From a virus (lineage: Duplodnaviria; Caudoviricetes), in the IMG/VR virus record IMGVR_UViG_3300013119_000728, positions 1 to 60,232 of that record: a stretch of DNA of 60,232 bases; one strand, given 5' to 3'. The position numbers were made by a program, and so were the translations under genes. The notes below the pieces were generated by a model. That model was not told the origin of the DNA and ran no database searches. It saw nothing but the letters and a program-made list of their open reading frames with translations. This document shows positions 58,979-60,232 of this stretch, in pieces (the stretch's first letter is position 1; every line of letters begins with the position of its first letter).

Positions 58979-59722
58979 ATGCAGCTCAATACCCAACTTA
59001 AAGACTTTGCGCAAGGCACCAACATTCTCAGCATCGACATTCCACGACAGCTGGAAGAGACTGCTAAGACAGGCATCAGTTATATTGATCACGCCTTCGG
59101 TGGCCAGGGTATGACTCCTTCGGTTGCGACACTAATGACAGGCACCCCGGGTGCCGGCAAGACGACGCTGATGTTGCAATTGGCAGACAGTCTTACGCGT
59201 CAAGGGCACGCGGTTCTCTTCAACACAGCTGAGGAGAGCTTGTTCCAGGTTCGTAGGACGGTTAAGCGTCTCGGTCTTCGCAACGGCTTCTATGCAGGTC
59301 AGGACACTCACGTCCCTACCATCCTCAAGCACTGTGACAAGATCCGCGAAGAGAACCCAGGCAAGCAGTTCTTCGTCATTGTTGATAGCCTTCAAACGCT
59401 AGACGATGGCCACTTCAACTCCGGACGTATTACGACAGCGACGGCGGAGAGGTCATTGCAGCAGATTACTGATTACTGCAAAGAGAATTGGGCAATTGCA
59501 CTAGTGATTGGGCAGGTGAATAAAGCGGGCAAGTTTAGCGGAAGCTCCAAGCTTAAGCATATGGTCGATGCACACTGTCACCTCTTCGTTGACACAGATC
59601 AGAAGTCAGACAACTTTGGCTACCGGATCTTCGAGGTGCAAAAGAATCGGTTCGGCGGAGCAGGTCACGGGTATATCCTCGATATGACTCGATCTGGGCT
59701 TAAAGAATACGGCTCATTGTAA
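58979..59722 (+). CDS. RadA/Sms-like ATPase (ATPase domain only)
   Basis: GTPGAGKTT, AEESLFQV, IVDSLQT, LKHMVDAH, KNRFG. Confidence 0.85.
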   Translation: MQLNTQLKDFAQGTNILSIDIPRQLEETAKTGISYIDHAFGGQGMTPSVATLMTGTPGAGKTTLMLQLADSLTRQGHAVLFNTAEESLFQVRRTVKRLGLRNGFYAGQDTHVPTILKHCDKIREENPGKQFFVIVDSLQTLDDGHFNSGRITTATAERSLQQITDYCKENWAIALVIGQVNKAGKFSGSSKLKHMVDAHCHLFVDTDQKSDNFGYRIFEVQKNRFGGAGHGYILDMTRSGLKEYGSL

Positions 59723-59731
59723 GAGATAGGT

Positions 59732-59827
59732 TAAGAACGCTGTGGTTGGTCGTTCTTACTCCTTGGGTGGGGGACAGGTTGAGCTAAGTAGGATCGTGGT
59801 TGGTCCCTATGGTGCTCCCTGTCTCCC
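59732..59827 (+). ncRNA. candidate structured RNA with two GTGGTTGGTC motifs and an anti-SD segment
   Basis: Hairpins TAAGAACG/CGTTCTTA and GGGGGACAGG/CCTGTCTCCC. Confidence 0.5.
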
Positions 59828-59901
59828 GTAATCCCTAAAATGCATTATGTGCAATAATCCAGCCAACAAGCTATAATATAAACACAACCAAGGAACTAAT
59901 C

Positions 59902-60099
59902 ATGGCAACCGGATACAGCATTCAAAACCCCGACGGATCCTACCCAAAGTCTGCCTCTGCCGGTACGCCGATCTGGTGGAGTTCATATGATGCCGCCTGG
60001 AAGGGGTGGCAAAACGGCTACGGCGCATCAGCAGCCAATGTAGTCAAGGTCAATCTTCGACCATCACCCTTCGGCTACAATGGATACTCGATCGTTTGA
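59902..60099 (+). CDS. early hypothetical protein
   Basis: Promoter plus CACAACCAAGGA leader. Confidence 0.6.
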   Translation: MATGYSIQNPDGSYPKSASAGTPIWWSSYDAAWKGWQNGYGASAANVVKVNLRPSPFGYNGYSIV

Positions 60100-60159
60100 T
60101 TGTGCAATAATCAGAGAACCTTTTATAATAACTACGTAACCAACCAAAGGAACTAAACT

Positions 60160-60232
60160 ATGTCCACTCGATCCACTATCGGCTATCAAGATTCAGACGG
60201 CAACTTCATCGGCGTTTACTGCCACTTCGACG
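60160..60232 (+). CDS. phage hypothetical protein, partial (MSTRSxIG...YCHxD family)
   Basis: MSTRSTIGY...GVYCHFD runs off the window end. Confidence 0.6.
   Translation, partial: MSTRSTIGYQDSDGNFIGVYCHFD

Overview
A gene-dense, almost entirely plus-strand segment of a large (jumbo-type) tailed dsDNA phage genome. It holds many short hypothetical ORFs, 14 tRNA genes, homing-type endonucleases, an ATP-dependent DNA ligase, a phage sigma70-family factor and many host-like auxiliary genes (dnaJ, rseP, slyD, apt, mtnN, tilS, sspB-like, cytochrome c, radA-like). A CglF/GltF gliding-motility homolog, a Cys/Asp-rich repeat lipoprotein and a myxobacterial-type SspB point to a Myxococcota or related predatory host (inference). 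Two promoter classes can be read directly: an early type GTGYAA-N16/17-TATAAT followed by an ACAACCAACCAAGGAG-like leader, and a putative late type ATATTTAT. The strongest candidates for undescribed biology are: (1) a portable LRxIIxEE...LxE peptide tag on about 11 unrelated proteins, resembling a capsid-targeting/protease-cleavage signal; (2) a sigma factor lacking region 4.2, with a region-4.2-like HTH encoded two genes downstream (split sigma); (3) a phage-encoded gliding-motility protein; (4) a structured RNA whose repeated motifs are complementary to the shared early-mRNA leader/RBS; (5) promoter-bounded gene cassettes and several other structured ncRNA candidates. All family calls come from motif recognition by eye; no database searches were run.
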